Notes: a model not told the origin generated them from the letters alone. Positions 1 to 10,935 are shown, counted from the stretch's first letter. The stretch: 64,000 bases of DNA from Camelus ferus (GCF_009834535.1 NC_045696.1:118112001-118176000), one strand, 5' to 3'. Made by a program: numbers and translations.

Positions 1-176
1 GGAAACTGACTCTCCCTTAGAGCCTCCAGTAAGGAATATAGCCTGCTGACACCTTGATTTCAGTTTGGTGAAATCTGTGCCAAACTTCCGACTTACAGAA
101 GGAGAAGATAATAACTTGTGCTGTTTAAGAGGTTAACTTTGTGGTAATTTGTTATGGCAGCCATAGAGATGAATAT
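1..176 (+). mobile_element. MaLR (MLT1-type) LTR, 3' portion
   Basis: ctcccttagagcctccag...gctgacaccttgatttcag...tgtggtaatttgttatggcagccatag matches the MLT1 LTR 3' end as recalled; cut off by the window start. Confidence 0.8.
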
Positions 177-224
177 GGATTGTCTTAATGACAAGCAGAC
201 CCTATTTTCCAGAGATGACACAAT

Positions 225-760
225 ATTTCTTCTGACATTCTTCCCAATGAAAAGCAGATCTGCCCTTGACCTCAAATCTTGGTGGGCTTAGACTCACTTG
301 CAGCCAAGAGTGCAGCAGAAGTGATGCTGTATGACTCTCAAGGCAAGGTCAGAAAAAGCCACGCCACTTCTACCTGGAACACTCACACTCAGAGCCCTGA
401 ACTAGGTCTGATGATGAAGATTATTAAGCCGTAAGAGGCTACCATGTGGGGATGGTACCATACACATACCAAACCACATGGTGAGGCCTCGTGTTGGTAC
501 TCTGATGAGCAGCCCAGCCTTTGAGTCCTCCCAGCCCATCTGCCAGATACATGAGTGAAGGAGAATTTTGATGATTCCAGCTGCCAGCCATTGACTTGCC
601 CCCAGCCTTTGGAGTCTTGCCAGCTGAGGTCTGGACGGGGTGAGCTATAGAAAAGTACCCTAATTCCTGAGCTAGAGAATCTGTGAACATAACAAAATTA
701 TTATTGTTCTGTTCCACAAAGTTTGGGGTAGTTTGGTACACAACATTAATAATTGGAGCA
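225..760 (+). mobile_element. MaLR (MLT1H-like) LTR
   Basis: gcagaagtgatgctgtatgact...cagcccagcctttgagtcctcccagcc...gtttggggtagtttggtacacaaca are typical MLT1 motifs; boundaries approximate. Confidence 0.7.
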
Positions 761-1697
761 CAGGGGGGACTACCTGAATCGAGTGCCCGAGGACCAGTGA
801 AGCCAACAGTCCCACACAAAAAAGAACCACTTCTCCAAAACCAACACTGCTCCGGATGAAAACAGTTGTTCTAATATGTTAACATATGTCTCCTGGTCTG
901 ATGCTGCATTTTTCTCCTGCTCTCAACATTGGTTTCTCTGGCTAAGCAGTTTGCAATTATTTGGAGAGTGTAGCGTCTTAGGAAGATCTACTCGCCCAGC
1001 AGGCAGTCTGCCTCATGGCCTGTCTCTGTCCCATTTAGAGCTTGATTCATTAGGTGAACTAAGAATCCCACGGTTTAACTTGGCTCTGTTCACTCACCCC
1101 TCTTTCTGCTGTGTTGTTTCTGTGAGTTGTTCCTATGGATGCTACTGAGATTAGGTAGAGGGAAGAGACAGGGAATGACAGAACTTTAGCTCCCACTGGC
1201 TCATTTGGTGTTTGTTTATGGTCAGCAAAGTACCTGCATGCTGGGGTTAAAGCAGACAGTAAGGGGAGTGCCAACTTTTCCCCCTTGTCCTCGACATCAT
1301 CTGTTTCACAGGGAAGAGCATATGGCAAGTAGTGAAAGAATGTGTTCAGTCCACCATCACCAATAAGACAGCTGAAATTTCATCTGGACTTTAGCAACTA
1401 TTCCTGTCATTCTGAGTCTACAGTACTGCTGCCATTTTTTCTCATTTTCTGTACCTTTATGGGCCCTTAAACAGGAAATTATAAGCCAGCCTATCAGACA
1501 TCGCTAGACAGTCCCTTTGTGAACCCAAATTGTAGACACGCTTTTAAAGTCTTTTGCCCTACGAATGTATCTTCAATATCTGAACATAAGATATAGAAGT
1601 TAAATGAAAGAATAGTCTGATATATGGAATTTAAATCTACTCCAGCTTTTCAGGAATGCATCTGTTCATGTCCTAAGGCACACATAAACAAACTGAT

Positions 1698-1830
1698 GGG
1701 GGAGGATATAGCTCAGTGGTAGAACACATGCTTAGCACGCACAAGGTCCTGGGTTCAAATCCCAGTACCTCCATTTATTTTTTTTAATTAAAAATAAATA
1801 AATAAACTTAATTACCTTCTCCACCAAAAA
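1698..1830 (+). mobile_element. tRNA-Ala-derived SINE (camelid vic-1-like), full length
   Basis: A box tagctcagtgg, B box gggttcaaatccc, ends acctcca, then AATA repeats and a ttaattacc..ccaccaaaaa tail shared with the copy at 55.7 kb. Confidence 0.85.
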
Positions 1831-2879
1831 ACCCCACAAATTGGTAATAGGGTATCAGGAGTTGGCTACATATGTTACACTAATTATGACATTACAGAAT
1901 TTGGAAGGAGTAGCATATTAGAAGGAATAACATTACGTTCTTTAAGTGTTTTTGGTAGAATAGTATTTCAACTTCTATTGTTTCTATGTCTATTTTAAAA
2001 TTAATATAATGTCTAGTTAATTGACTATATACAGTATAACATCTAATGTTCTTCAAATAAGCCAAGTTAAATGGCAAGCTGTATAGTTTTCCATATTAAT
2101 CCATCTTAACTATCCATTTAAACAATAGTTGAAAACAGGCGATCTTTGGAAGACCTGTGAGTTAAAAATTAAATGAAAGTATAATATGTCAATTTGCCAG
2201 GTTCGTGAGGCCAACTCATTTATGAGGAAATAGAATCCAATGAAGAACCATCAGTTCAAGACAACTACCTAAATTTGAAATAAAAACATAGAAATAAAAT
2301 ATTGGCATGGTCCATAATACATCTAAGAAATGTGTCTTTTTATTTGGAATACAACATTGCAGCATTTCTGAATGAAATTACTCTATTCAGTCACCTATTA
2401 AACATTCATTTGTATTATGCTGTACATTACTTGAGGCTTCATCTGTAAGATAAAATTCCCAAAGTAATTTTTCTAACTGAATTCATAACTCTTTCATCAC
2501 CCTCAGCCCTGAATATGCATGATTTCCCATTACTGTTTATAGTTAGGACTTCTGTCTTTATAGTATATGGGCACAAAAAGCTATGTTATATTTGCCACGG
2601 GAACCATCATTTTTAAGGCCCTTGTGCTTGTAAAATCTTTACCTTTATTATATTACCTTAATGTAGATTTTGGATTTTATAGAGGGTTGCATATCGAGGG
2701 AGCACAGTGTTGTACCAATGAGTGGCCTGGGTTGTTAATTCTGTGATGGTGTGGCTGGTTCTTTAAAGCAATAATTAGGGAGCCCATGATAGTGTCATAG
2801 GCAACCTCACCGGCTCCTCAGGTTGGCTACCTTGTACTTGCATTCGCTCATCACTCCCTATTTTTCATCTTTCCTTGTA

Positions 2880-3335
2880 TTAGAATTACTTGCCACATCC
2901 TCTGTCATGGGACTTTGCACTGCCTCCCACTAGAGTAAGCAGAGTGTGTTTCCACATTGTGTTGATATTGGACTCACCATATGACTTGCTTTAGCAATAA
3001 GATGTGGGCAGAAGTGCTAGTGTGCCAGTCCTGAGCCAAAGCCTTAAGAGTTACTGACAGTTTCTCCTTGCTCTTCTTGGTCTTCTGTCACCTGCCGTGA
3101 GGAGAGTGAACATCCCCTGTGTAGCTGCTAGTCCCAGAATGAAGATGTGTGGAACAGGCCTGAAACAAGCCTGGAGCCCAGCCTAGCCCAGTTTGGCTAA
3201 ACCAAGCCCAAGTGAGAGTATGTGAAGCACAACCAACCTGCAACCCCGGAGTGAGAAAAATCAATGCTTTTGTAAGTCACTGAGATGTTGGAGTTGTTTG
3301 TTATGCAGCATTGTTGCAACAATAGCTAATTAACA
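2880..3335 (+). mobile_element. MaLR (MLT1I/J-like) LTR
   Basis: catatgacttgctttagcaataagatgtgggcagaagtg...tgtgccagtcctgagcc...gttgtttgttatgcagcattgttgcaacaatagctaattaaca. Confidence 0.75.
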
Positions 3336-3792
3336 CCTCTCCCATTGTTGATGGCTCTCCTGCATTTGTCTTCCTGTGTGTACGCTTGATGCTTTTGGCT
3401 GGCTGTTCACCTGGAGGGACTCAACTGGAGAATGCCCAGGACCATGTGAGACACTTTGGCTGGAAATTCCCAAGCTAATAGAGCGATGCATCCCTTTAGT
3501 GTTCATATTTCAGTTACTGTTTTTAAGGGACTTCTTTAAATAGGCATTCAGCCTAAAAAAACTGTCAGGTGATTTTTGGGGTTCAGCTATATTCTGTTGA
3601 TGAGTTATGAGCCATCCATTCAAACTGTCAGGACTTCTGTGAACGACTGTCTTCCTCTTACCACATGGCTCTGGGGCATTAACATATTTGAGCAAGTATC
3701 TGGGCACTCTCATGAATTAGCAGGTGAACCTAACCAAGCTTCTTCATTCGAGTGGACCAAGTACTCATTGCTTATTTACACCAAGGCCCTGC

Positions 3793-4422
3793 TAGTGGTG
3801 AACAGACTCTAGGAGAGCTCCCAGTTACACCCGCCTCCTGGTACATGCCCTGTGCAATACCCTTCCCTTAAGTGTGGAAGGGACCTGTGACCTGTTTCCA
3901 ACAAACAATATATTGTCAAGGTGGCAGGGCGTCACCTCCACAATTATGTTACATAAGTTTGTGATGGCTATCTTGCTAGGAAACTCTCTCTTGCTGATTT
4001 TGATGAAGTAAGATGCTGTGGGGTGAGCTGTCCTTTGGAGAGGTCCACTTGACAAGAAAATGAGGCCCTCGGTCCTTCAACTGATAAGGAACTGAATCGC
4101 CCTTTAAAAAAAAAAATTAATGGAGGTACTGGGGATTGAACCTAGGATCTCCTGCATGCTAAGCATATGCTTGGCGAGGAACTGAATTCTACCAGCAATC
4201 AGGTAAGCCTGGAAACAGATTTTTCCCCAATCAAACCTTCAGGTGAGACACAGCCTCAGCCAACATTTTGACTGCAAATGCGTGAGCGATCTGGAAGCAG
4301 AGAACCTAGGTACACCACGCACAGACTCTGGACCTGCAGAAGCTGTGAGATTATAAATTTATGTTGTTCTAAGCAGCTACATTTGTGGTAATTTGTTACC
4401 CTGCAATAAGATGAGTAAAACA
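3793..4422 (+). mobile_element. MaLR (MLT1E/F-like) LTR interrupted by a SINE
   Basis: cccttcccttaagtgtggaagggacctgtgac...aggaactgaattct...atttgtggtaatttgttac. Confidence 0.8.
4098..4176 (-). mobile_element. 5'-truncated tRNA-derived SINE nested in the MLT1 LTR
   Basis: tggaggtactggggattgaacctagg is the reverse complement of the SINE B-box end; 11-bp TSD aggaactgaat at 4087-4097 and 4177-4187. Confidence 0.85.
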
Positions 4423-4479
4423 CTGTTCAACCATGTAGCAAGTTGATGATTTCTATAACATTACACATATTTACTTTTA

Positions 4480-4600
4480 TCCATTGCAGACATTTCTTGA
4501 ATACCTGCCAGATGCTAAGCACTTAAAACACTGCGGATGTGGAGATGAATGAGACATACCTCTTGCCCGGGAGGCGCTCACTCTCTAGGCAAGGTCAGAC
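4480..4600 (-). mobile_element. L2 3'-end fragment
   Basis: catttcttgaatacctgccagatgctaagcac...cctcttgcccgggaggcgctcactctctag resembles the antisense L2 tail. Confidence 0.55.
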
Positions 4601-5271
4601 ATTCAACCAGCTGGTCCTCACACATGGGACAAACATCATTATCACAGGGATATGAATTCAATGGGATGAGCCAGGTTGCTTATTTAGGCTTTTCTTGGCA
4701 CATTTTAAGTCTGCACCTGCAAAAAACAAACAAAAAAAAAAAGTAAGGGTCTCATATGGAATACAGATACCATAAAATCCTGTTGAAAGGTGTTTACTGT
4801 GGAACCAGCTGTATGTACCTGACCGAGAATAAGTAATCCAATGAAATAATTGCTATCACAGAGAACAAAAGCTTCAAAGAAACGGCTTTACATGGTCATG
4901 GTCATAACTCCAAAGTCCTTCCACAAAACTACTAAAAATCAACACGGATTATCTCCTTCCTGTAAGTTCTTTCTCCCATTGGCATAATGTTTTAAGATAT
5001 GGTGCTTTCAAAGTAGCAAAGTTAAGATGTTACTTTTAGTGATGTGCCATTTAGGCATATGACTGGATATTTCATAAATGTTTGGACAGTACAACAAAAT
5101 ACTTTTGATATTTGATGTCTGAAGTCCAGAATTTGCTATTTTGTGCATGCAAACAATGAATCCCAATCATTACTGCTTTACCTAGGATAATTGTTCTTCC
5201 TACAGACTGCAGATGTATCTTTCTGATCAAGATTCCAAGATATAAAATAACATATAAAAATAATACCTAAT

Positions 5272-5523
5272 TTTTAATTGAATGGTTACCATGTGCTAAA
5301 TATCTTAGTTAATAATGGATTATCTCAATCAATGCTCACAACAACCTGATAAATTAGAAACTATTATTAACCTCAACTCACAGATGGAACTGACGCCACA
5401 GAGGTTAATTAGTTTAAATAACTTGGTTGAGATTACATCGTTACCGAGTAAGGGAAACTGGGTTTGAACTTGGGCAATTCTACTCCCCGTCCTATGCACT
5501 TAACATCATTCTATACTGCCTCC
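5272..5523 (-). mobile_element. MIR SINE
   Basis: ttaccatgtgcta...aatgctcacaacaacctga...acagatggaactgacgccacagaggttaa...gggtttgaacttgggca: antisense MIR core. Confidence 0.75.
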
Positions 5524-5789
5524 TAATGTCTCTGACTGCTCCAAGATTTTTAAGGGCAACTATGAACACGGGTGCTCTGGTGACAATAAAAAGCATAATG
5601 GCACAAAAATGGACCTTGTAGTCTCAAAGCATTCGATGTTCTTCCTATACCCATAAATGTTGATGCCATCCCTTCCAAGGGCAAGTGAACTTATCTATTT
5701 GTGTTTTTAAAATTGATCTAGACAGTCTTGCATGAGATTCTCCCCATAAAAACTTGGCTAACAGAATATAACACCTCACATATTATATC

Positions 5790-5946
5790 AGGTAGGGTAT
5801 TAGGTATGTAGCTTAAAAAAAGAGGTTTTAAAAATTCAGTGGCTTAAATAAGGTAGATGTTTATTTCTCTCTAATGGAAAGGTGCAGGGGGCAGTCAAGG
5901 TTGGGCAGGCAGCTCTCTGTGAAGCAATTCAGAGACAGGAAGCTGC
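5790..5946 (-). mobile_element. MaLR (MLT1) LTR fragment
   Basis: aattcagtggcttaaataaggtagatgtttatttctctct is the antisense MLT1K/L-type end. Confidence 0.55.
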
Positions 5947-7315
5947 TGTCAAAGACAAAAAACAAATAAGGAAATAGACTTTATTCAGGCTGCTGCAATA
6001 AAGAGAATACCCAGATCTGAAGGTCAGAGTGTCTGGGCAGGTGGTTTTGTCACATACTTTTATGAGGAGGAGTAGACTAGTTATAGGTGGGATGATGATC
6101 TTCAGGATTATTTTGTAATCAGGGGACATTTCAGTAAACCAGGTGATGTGTCTCTGTGTTCAGCTCACTTCAAGGGGACATATGGGTTCTACTCTTATCT
6201 AATCATTCGTGAGACAAAGATCTGGAAGTTGAAGGGTTTGTGCTTGAGCTTGTCAATGGGTTTAGGCAAAAAGGAAAGGTCTGTGTTTGGCCTTGTCACA
6301 GGTAAACAAGGGATCATCTGCTAGTCTTACGAGAAAGTAAGTCTTATCTAAGTCATATGGGGAAGATAGTCTTTGTTGTAAGCTATTTTCCAGAACACAA
6401 AGTGGTGGGGGGATTTCTTTCTCTCTCGCTCTCTCTCTCTTTTCCTATTGAAGTATAGTTGATTTACAATGTTGTGTTAGTTTTTGGTGTACAGCATAGT
6501 GATTCAGTTATACATATACCTTCCTTTTCATATTCTTTTCCATCATAGGTTATTACAAGATATTGAATATATTTCCCTGTGCTATACAGAAGAAATCTAT
6601 TTTTTTATCTATTTTGATACACAGTGGTTAACATTGCAAATCTCAAACTCCCAAATTTATCTTGTTGTAGGACCTTGTTGTTTATCTATTTTATATATAG
6701 TAGTTAGCATCTGATGATCTTAAAACTCCTAATTTATCTCTCTCCCCTTTCTCCTTTGGTAATCATAAGTTTGTGTTCTATGTCTGTGAGTCTCTTTCTG
6801 TTTCATAAATAAGTTCCTTTGTACCTTTTTATTTTTTTAAGATTCAACATATAAGTGATATCATATGATGTTTGTCTTTCTCTGTCTGACTTACTTCACT
6901 TAGTATGAAGTGTTGCTGCAAATCGTATTATTTTATTCTTTTTTATGGCTGGGTAGTATGTATGTATATATATGTGTATGTGTATGTATGTGTATATATG
7001 TGTGTGTGTGTATATATATATATATGCCACAACTTCTTTATCCAATCACCTGTTGATGGACGTTTAGCTTGTTTCCATGCCTTGGCTATAGTAAACAGTG
7101 CTGCTACGAATACTGGGGTGCATGTACCTTTTTGAATTAGTTTTACCTGGATAAATGCCCAGGAGTGGGATTGCTGGATCATATGGTAACTCTTATTTTT
7201 AGCTTTTTAAGGAATCTCCATACTGTTTTCTATAGCGGCTAAACCAAATTACATTTGGAGGGATTTCTTAATAGTCTCTCTTATGCATGAGTACAGGCTC
7301 TGGTAAATTTTAATG
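5947..7315 (-). mobile_element. ERV1-like LTR split by an L1 insertion
   Basis: Starts at TG (tgtcaaagac), antisense polyA signal (tttatt) near 5975, resumes after the L1 TSD at 7270; family not identified. Confidence 0.45.
6420..7255 (-). mobile_element. 5'-truncated L1 (3'UTR and ORF2 C-terminus)
   Basis: ORF 6943-7182 gives TCTPVFVAALFTIAKAWKQAKRPSTGDWIKKLW (L1 ORF2 C-terminus); 14-bp TSD tggggggatttctt (6406-6419) / tggagggatttctt (7256-7269); tail degenerated to (CT)n. Confidence 0.92.
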
Positions 7316-7490
7316 CCACTGCAAAGCCTTCTTAAGGCCCAGGCTTGGAACTGGCACAGACCTCCTTCCCCCACGTTCCATTGTTTAAAACAGTGATAGG
7401 TCCTGCCCAGATTCAGGGGGAGAGGATTACATAAGAGCATGAATACTGGGGAGGCGTGGCTCATAGTGGGCCACTCAATAACCATCTCTC
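7316..7490 (-). mobile_element. MaLR (MLT1) LTR fragment
   Basis: taaggcccaggcttggaactggcacag...gcccagattcagggggagagg. Confidence 0.65.
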
Positions 7491-8429
7491 ATAGGGTCTT
7501 AACCTTGAACTAGATGTCTAGAGTCGTGGTATCTACTGGTAGTAGATATCTACTAGCATATCTGAAGCAGTAGCTTATTGGGTGGGATCAATCCATGGGT
7601 ATATACATTGTTAAGTGAGGAAAAGGGTCTATCAACATTGCAGATGCATGAGACTTGGGTTATGATTTTCCTCGTTTCTCAGAAACCCTCATTAACACTG
7701 TTTCTTGATCAACATTTATTTCAGCATTTCCCCGGGATTCTGTTGCTAGTCTAGCCAGAGCTACCAGTTAGTAAGTTTCTTTATTTTAATTCTTTTCCCT
7801 GATGAAATCTGGCCAGATGTATAAACATAACCTTACTGCTTCTTCAACAAAAAGGGCCAGCCAATAGAAAGTAAGGGAATCACCGTGTTAAGGGGAAGGT
7901 TTGTCTATTTGTGAACAAAGGTCTCCCATACATATCTTCCTCTGAAGGTGGCTAACCTTTGGAAATTTGATCTTCCTCTGCCTTGGTTTCCTTTTTCTGG
8001 ACTCAACAGTATCAATTTCCATTGGGATCTTTGTGCAGCTAGGTTAGTAAAAGACCATAAATCTTTTTAACTAGGTGAACCATTTACCACTCTAATTAGC
8101 ATTACTATTCAAAGGCTTTCATTTTGGGGAAACAAACACCAGCATTCCCTGTGTGCTAGGGTTACAGGAAGTATTAAATCATGATTAAGCAGAGGTGGAG
8201 GAAAGCCAGGCACAGGGCTTAGACATGGCCTGCCTTCTGATAGTGATCGGACATTTCCTGAGATATCACATTCCCAGGATATGAGGAAACATAAAATCCA
8301 AGCCCAGTACTGTGGGTTTGTAAAAAACAAAACAAAACACACAAAACTGCTATACATTATCTCTCTATGGCTTATACTAAAGTAAGTCTGCACAAAATAC
8401 TATCGGTTCCCCCAAAGCAGAGTGGGTAC

Positions 8430-9126
8430 TGACACAGGAGGGAAGGGGGTTGGGCAGAGCCATTAAAGGAATGACACAGCAATTGAAGATTGAACTCCTC
8501 CAAGGCCTTGAGGCCCAAGATGGTGGAAGATTCAACTTCCAGTGGACCTTGAGCTTCATTATATGCTCACTGTGATATATTAGGGTACTAACTGGCACCC
8601 CCACAGGCACCATGACAGTTTTGAGGTTGATCCTAAAAGGTGGGCCTTTTTAGTGGCCAAATTCCAAAGAATTCCTGCCCCTCCCCAAAGTAGTTGGAAT
8701 AATCCTCCAGCTTGTTAGCACATGAAATTATGGAGCCCATGAAAACTAACCACCCCCCCACCCCTCAGGGCCAGTCTCCTGTTCCTAGAGGACCCCACGC
8801 TCTGAGACCACATCTCCAACTTTTGAGAAGGCCTGTATTCTGCCTACAGAATGTGCATCTTCTGCGCCTCTCCTGCCTTCACAGACGCCCTGTCTGTGGA
8901 GCCTGTGTTTAAACTAAACACCTCCACGCCTCCTGGCCTCTCTGGCCTCCTGAGACAGCCTACAGCCTCGATGGAGTGTGCACCTCTATGAATAAATCTA
9001 CTTTTACTCTACCATGGCTCCCTCTTGAATTCTTTTCTGCGCAAAGACCCCCTCACTTGACGGGGCGGAAACGGGACTCAACCAGGACTTAGGTGGCCGT
9101 CCTCTGGCCCTTATCTTCCTGTAACA
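8430..9126 (+). mobile_element. ERV1 solo LTR, MER41-like
   Basis: TG...CA termini with imperfect inverted ends (tgacacagga / tcctgtaaca), 4-bp TSD GTAC (8426-8429, 9127-9130), AATAAA near 8991; caccatgacagttt and gaataatcc blocks resemble the MER41 consensus as recalled. Confidence 0.85.
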
Positions 9127-9411
9127 GTACTTTCACAGAGGAAGTGACATATTGGCTGGGTCTTGAAGCATGAATAAAAGTCTACTCAAGTACAGAAAAA
9201 TGTCAAACGGAAGGCCACTTACACACAACAAGAAAATGTACGTTCTTAGGCATGAGGGCCAGCCTTTCGGGAGGTCTCACCCTTTGGAAAGGTCGTGGTA
9301 AGTGAGAAGGTCTAAGTCCTGGGGGCAGAGGCCTGTCTTCAGCTGCCTCATGACCTAGACAAGGTGCGGAAGGGAGCGAGGGAAAGAAAAGGGGAGCGGG
9401 AAAGCCCTCCC

Positions 9412-9421
9412 GCGCATGCGC
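9412..9421. promoter_or_regulatory. NRF1 motif
   Basis: Palindromic GCGCATGCGC. Confidence 0.75.
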
Positions 9422-9534
9422 TCTGGCGGCAGCGGAGTAGGCCGCCGCTCCAGGCTCCGCCGCCGCTCCAGGCTCCGTCGCCGCTTCGCGCCTCGCTGGG
9501 CCCCACAGAGCCAGCCCGAGAGTGAGAGCGCCGC

Positions 9535-9545
9535 GCGCCTGCGCA
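9535..9545. promoter_or_regulatory. Second NRF1 motif
   Basis: GCGCCTGCGCA. Confidence 0.65.
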
Positions 9546-9638
9546 CCAGCGTCCCCGGCGCGCGAGCCGCAGGGTTATTAGAGGTGGAGCGTGGGGAGGG
9601 CGCGCGGCAGGAGGCGGCCGCCCTTACGGCGCGAGCGT

Positions 9639-9648
9639 GGTCACGTGG
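9639..9648. promoter_or_regulatory. E-box (USF / MiT-TFE type)
   Basis: GGTCACGTGG just upstream of the inferred first exon; a GC box CCGCCCCC follows at 9668-9675. Confidence 0.7.
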
Positions 9649-9679
9649 CCGCTGGTCACCGCCGCCTCCGCCCCCTCCC

Positions 9680-9816
9680 GTCCTGTTCTGTTTTTTGGTC
9701 GGTCCGGGCCGGCCGGCACCACAAGCGCCCGGCAGAGACTGAGGGAGAGAGAGAGGAGGGGAGGAGGAGGAGGAGGATTCAGAGAGTAGGAGCTGGGGAT
9801 CCCTTCTGCGCCACAG
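9680..9816 (+). other. CHD9: Non-coding first exon (5'UTR) of a large + strand gene, tentatively CHD9
   Basis: ATG-free, purine-rich, ends at the donor CAG|GTAAAA (GT 9817-9818); start approximate. The gene name rests on recalled similarity to the human CHD9 5' exon (gaggattcag..taggagctgggga.cccttctgcgccacag) and its very long first intron, not on a search. Confidence 0.5.
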
Positions 9817-10809
9817 GTAAAACGAGATAATGATGACGATGCTGATCGTAAAGCAGCCCCGGCCCCCTGAGCGCCTCCGCCTTCCTCCAGTGCAGCCCCC
9901 ACATGCAGTCGCCCCCGCCCGGGTCTCCCCTCAGCCTCGCAGGTGGAGTCCAGCCTCCCCTCGCGCCGCCGCCTCACGGGCAGGCCTCAGGTGCCGCCGC
10001 CGCCGACAGGGACCCGCGCCCCGAACCCAACCCCCGGCCCGTGTGCGCTTCCGGACCGGCGTGGGGGCTGGGGGGCGGGAGCGAGGCTCCCAGGTGCCGG
10101 GCGGCCGGGCCGGGAGGCTGCGCCCCAGCCCGCCTGCACGCCCGCCGGCGGGGGTCTCCGCGAGGCCGGCCGCCGGGAGACGGCAGAGCGCGGTGGCGGG
10201 CCTGGTCCTCCACTTCCTACTTGGTGGATTTCCCTGTTCATTTCCGGAAGCCAGGCGGGCCCCGAATCCCCTACACTTTCTAAAATACAGCCTTTACTTG
10301 AGACAGAAGCCTCTCCCCTTTCAGGAGGGAAACGTGCCCTTGTTTGAGTACGACTTCCTGTGAGAACGTTCAAGTTGGGGCCTTTCAGGAGCTGAGGGAA
10401 ACTTTGCAGAGGTTGAACGTGGATTTCCCTCCCCCACCCCTACTTTTCCTGGAAAAAGGAACACAAACCTCCAACACAGTTTTCCGATTCTGCAAGTGAC
10501 CTACAGTTTGTTTAGTGTTTGCTGTTAAGTTGTTTTGGTTCCAGGAATATGATGTATGTTTAAAGTTCACATCCTTTAGGGTTTTTTGGTGGGTTTTTGT
10601 GTTGTTGTTTTCCTGAATAATGATTTTCTGGAAGGAGTTTCACTTGTCAACACCAAATTCTAAAGCCAGGAACTTTAGAATGCAGTTTGCACACCTTTGG
10701 GCCTAATTGTGCTGAGATTTCTAGACCTAGTCATTCTTTTGTATTCTTTGTACAACAAAATATAGTCCCTATGTATTACTATATAGTCTGTATATATTAT
10801 TAGCGTGTA

Positions 10810-10935
10810 AAGCAATCCCTTGGAGCTCTTGTTTAAAAATTTTGAGTCAGTAGATCTGTGATGGCAGCTGTATTCTTTATTTCCTAGAAGCTCCTAAGTG
10901 CTGCTGGGCAAGGAACCACCCTTGAGTAGCAAGGA
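10810..10935. mobile_element. hAT-Charlie MITE (MER5-like)
   Basis: gagtcagtagatctg...gctcctaagtgctgctg...ggaaccacccttgagtagcaagg. Confidence 0.55.

Larger units (their letters stand above)
9400..10270. promoter_or_regulatory. CpG-island promoter
   Basis: Only CpG-dense, very GC-rich segment in a CpG-depleted window; contains TF motifs and a strong splice donor. Confidence 0.95.

Noticed and set aside
1698..1773. Apparent tRNA-Ala gene
   Set aside because: Degenerate stems, a SINE-type tail, and three more related copies in the window indicate a SINE, not a functional tRNA
9355..10373. Overlapping 60-177 aa ORFs on both strands, including 9830-10363 starting at an ATG cluster
   Set aside because: Pro/Arg/Gly/Ala-rich open frames are expected in stop-poor CpG islands. 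The ATG cluster lies just inside the intron and no domain is recognisable. Ribo-seq or codon-level conservation would be needed to revive them.
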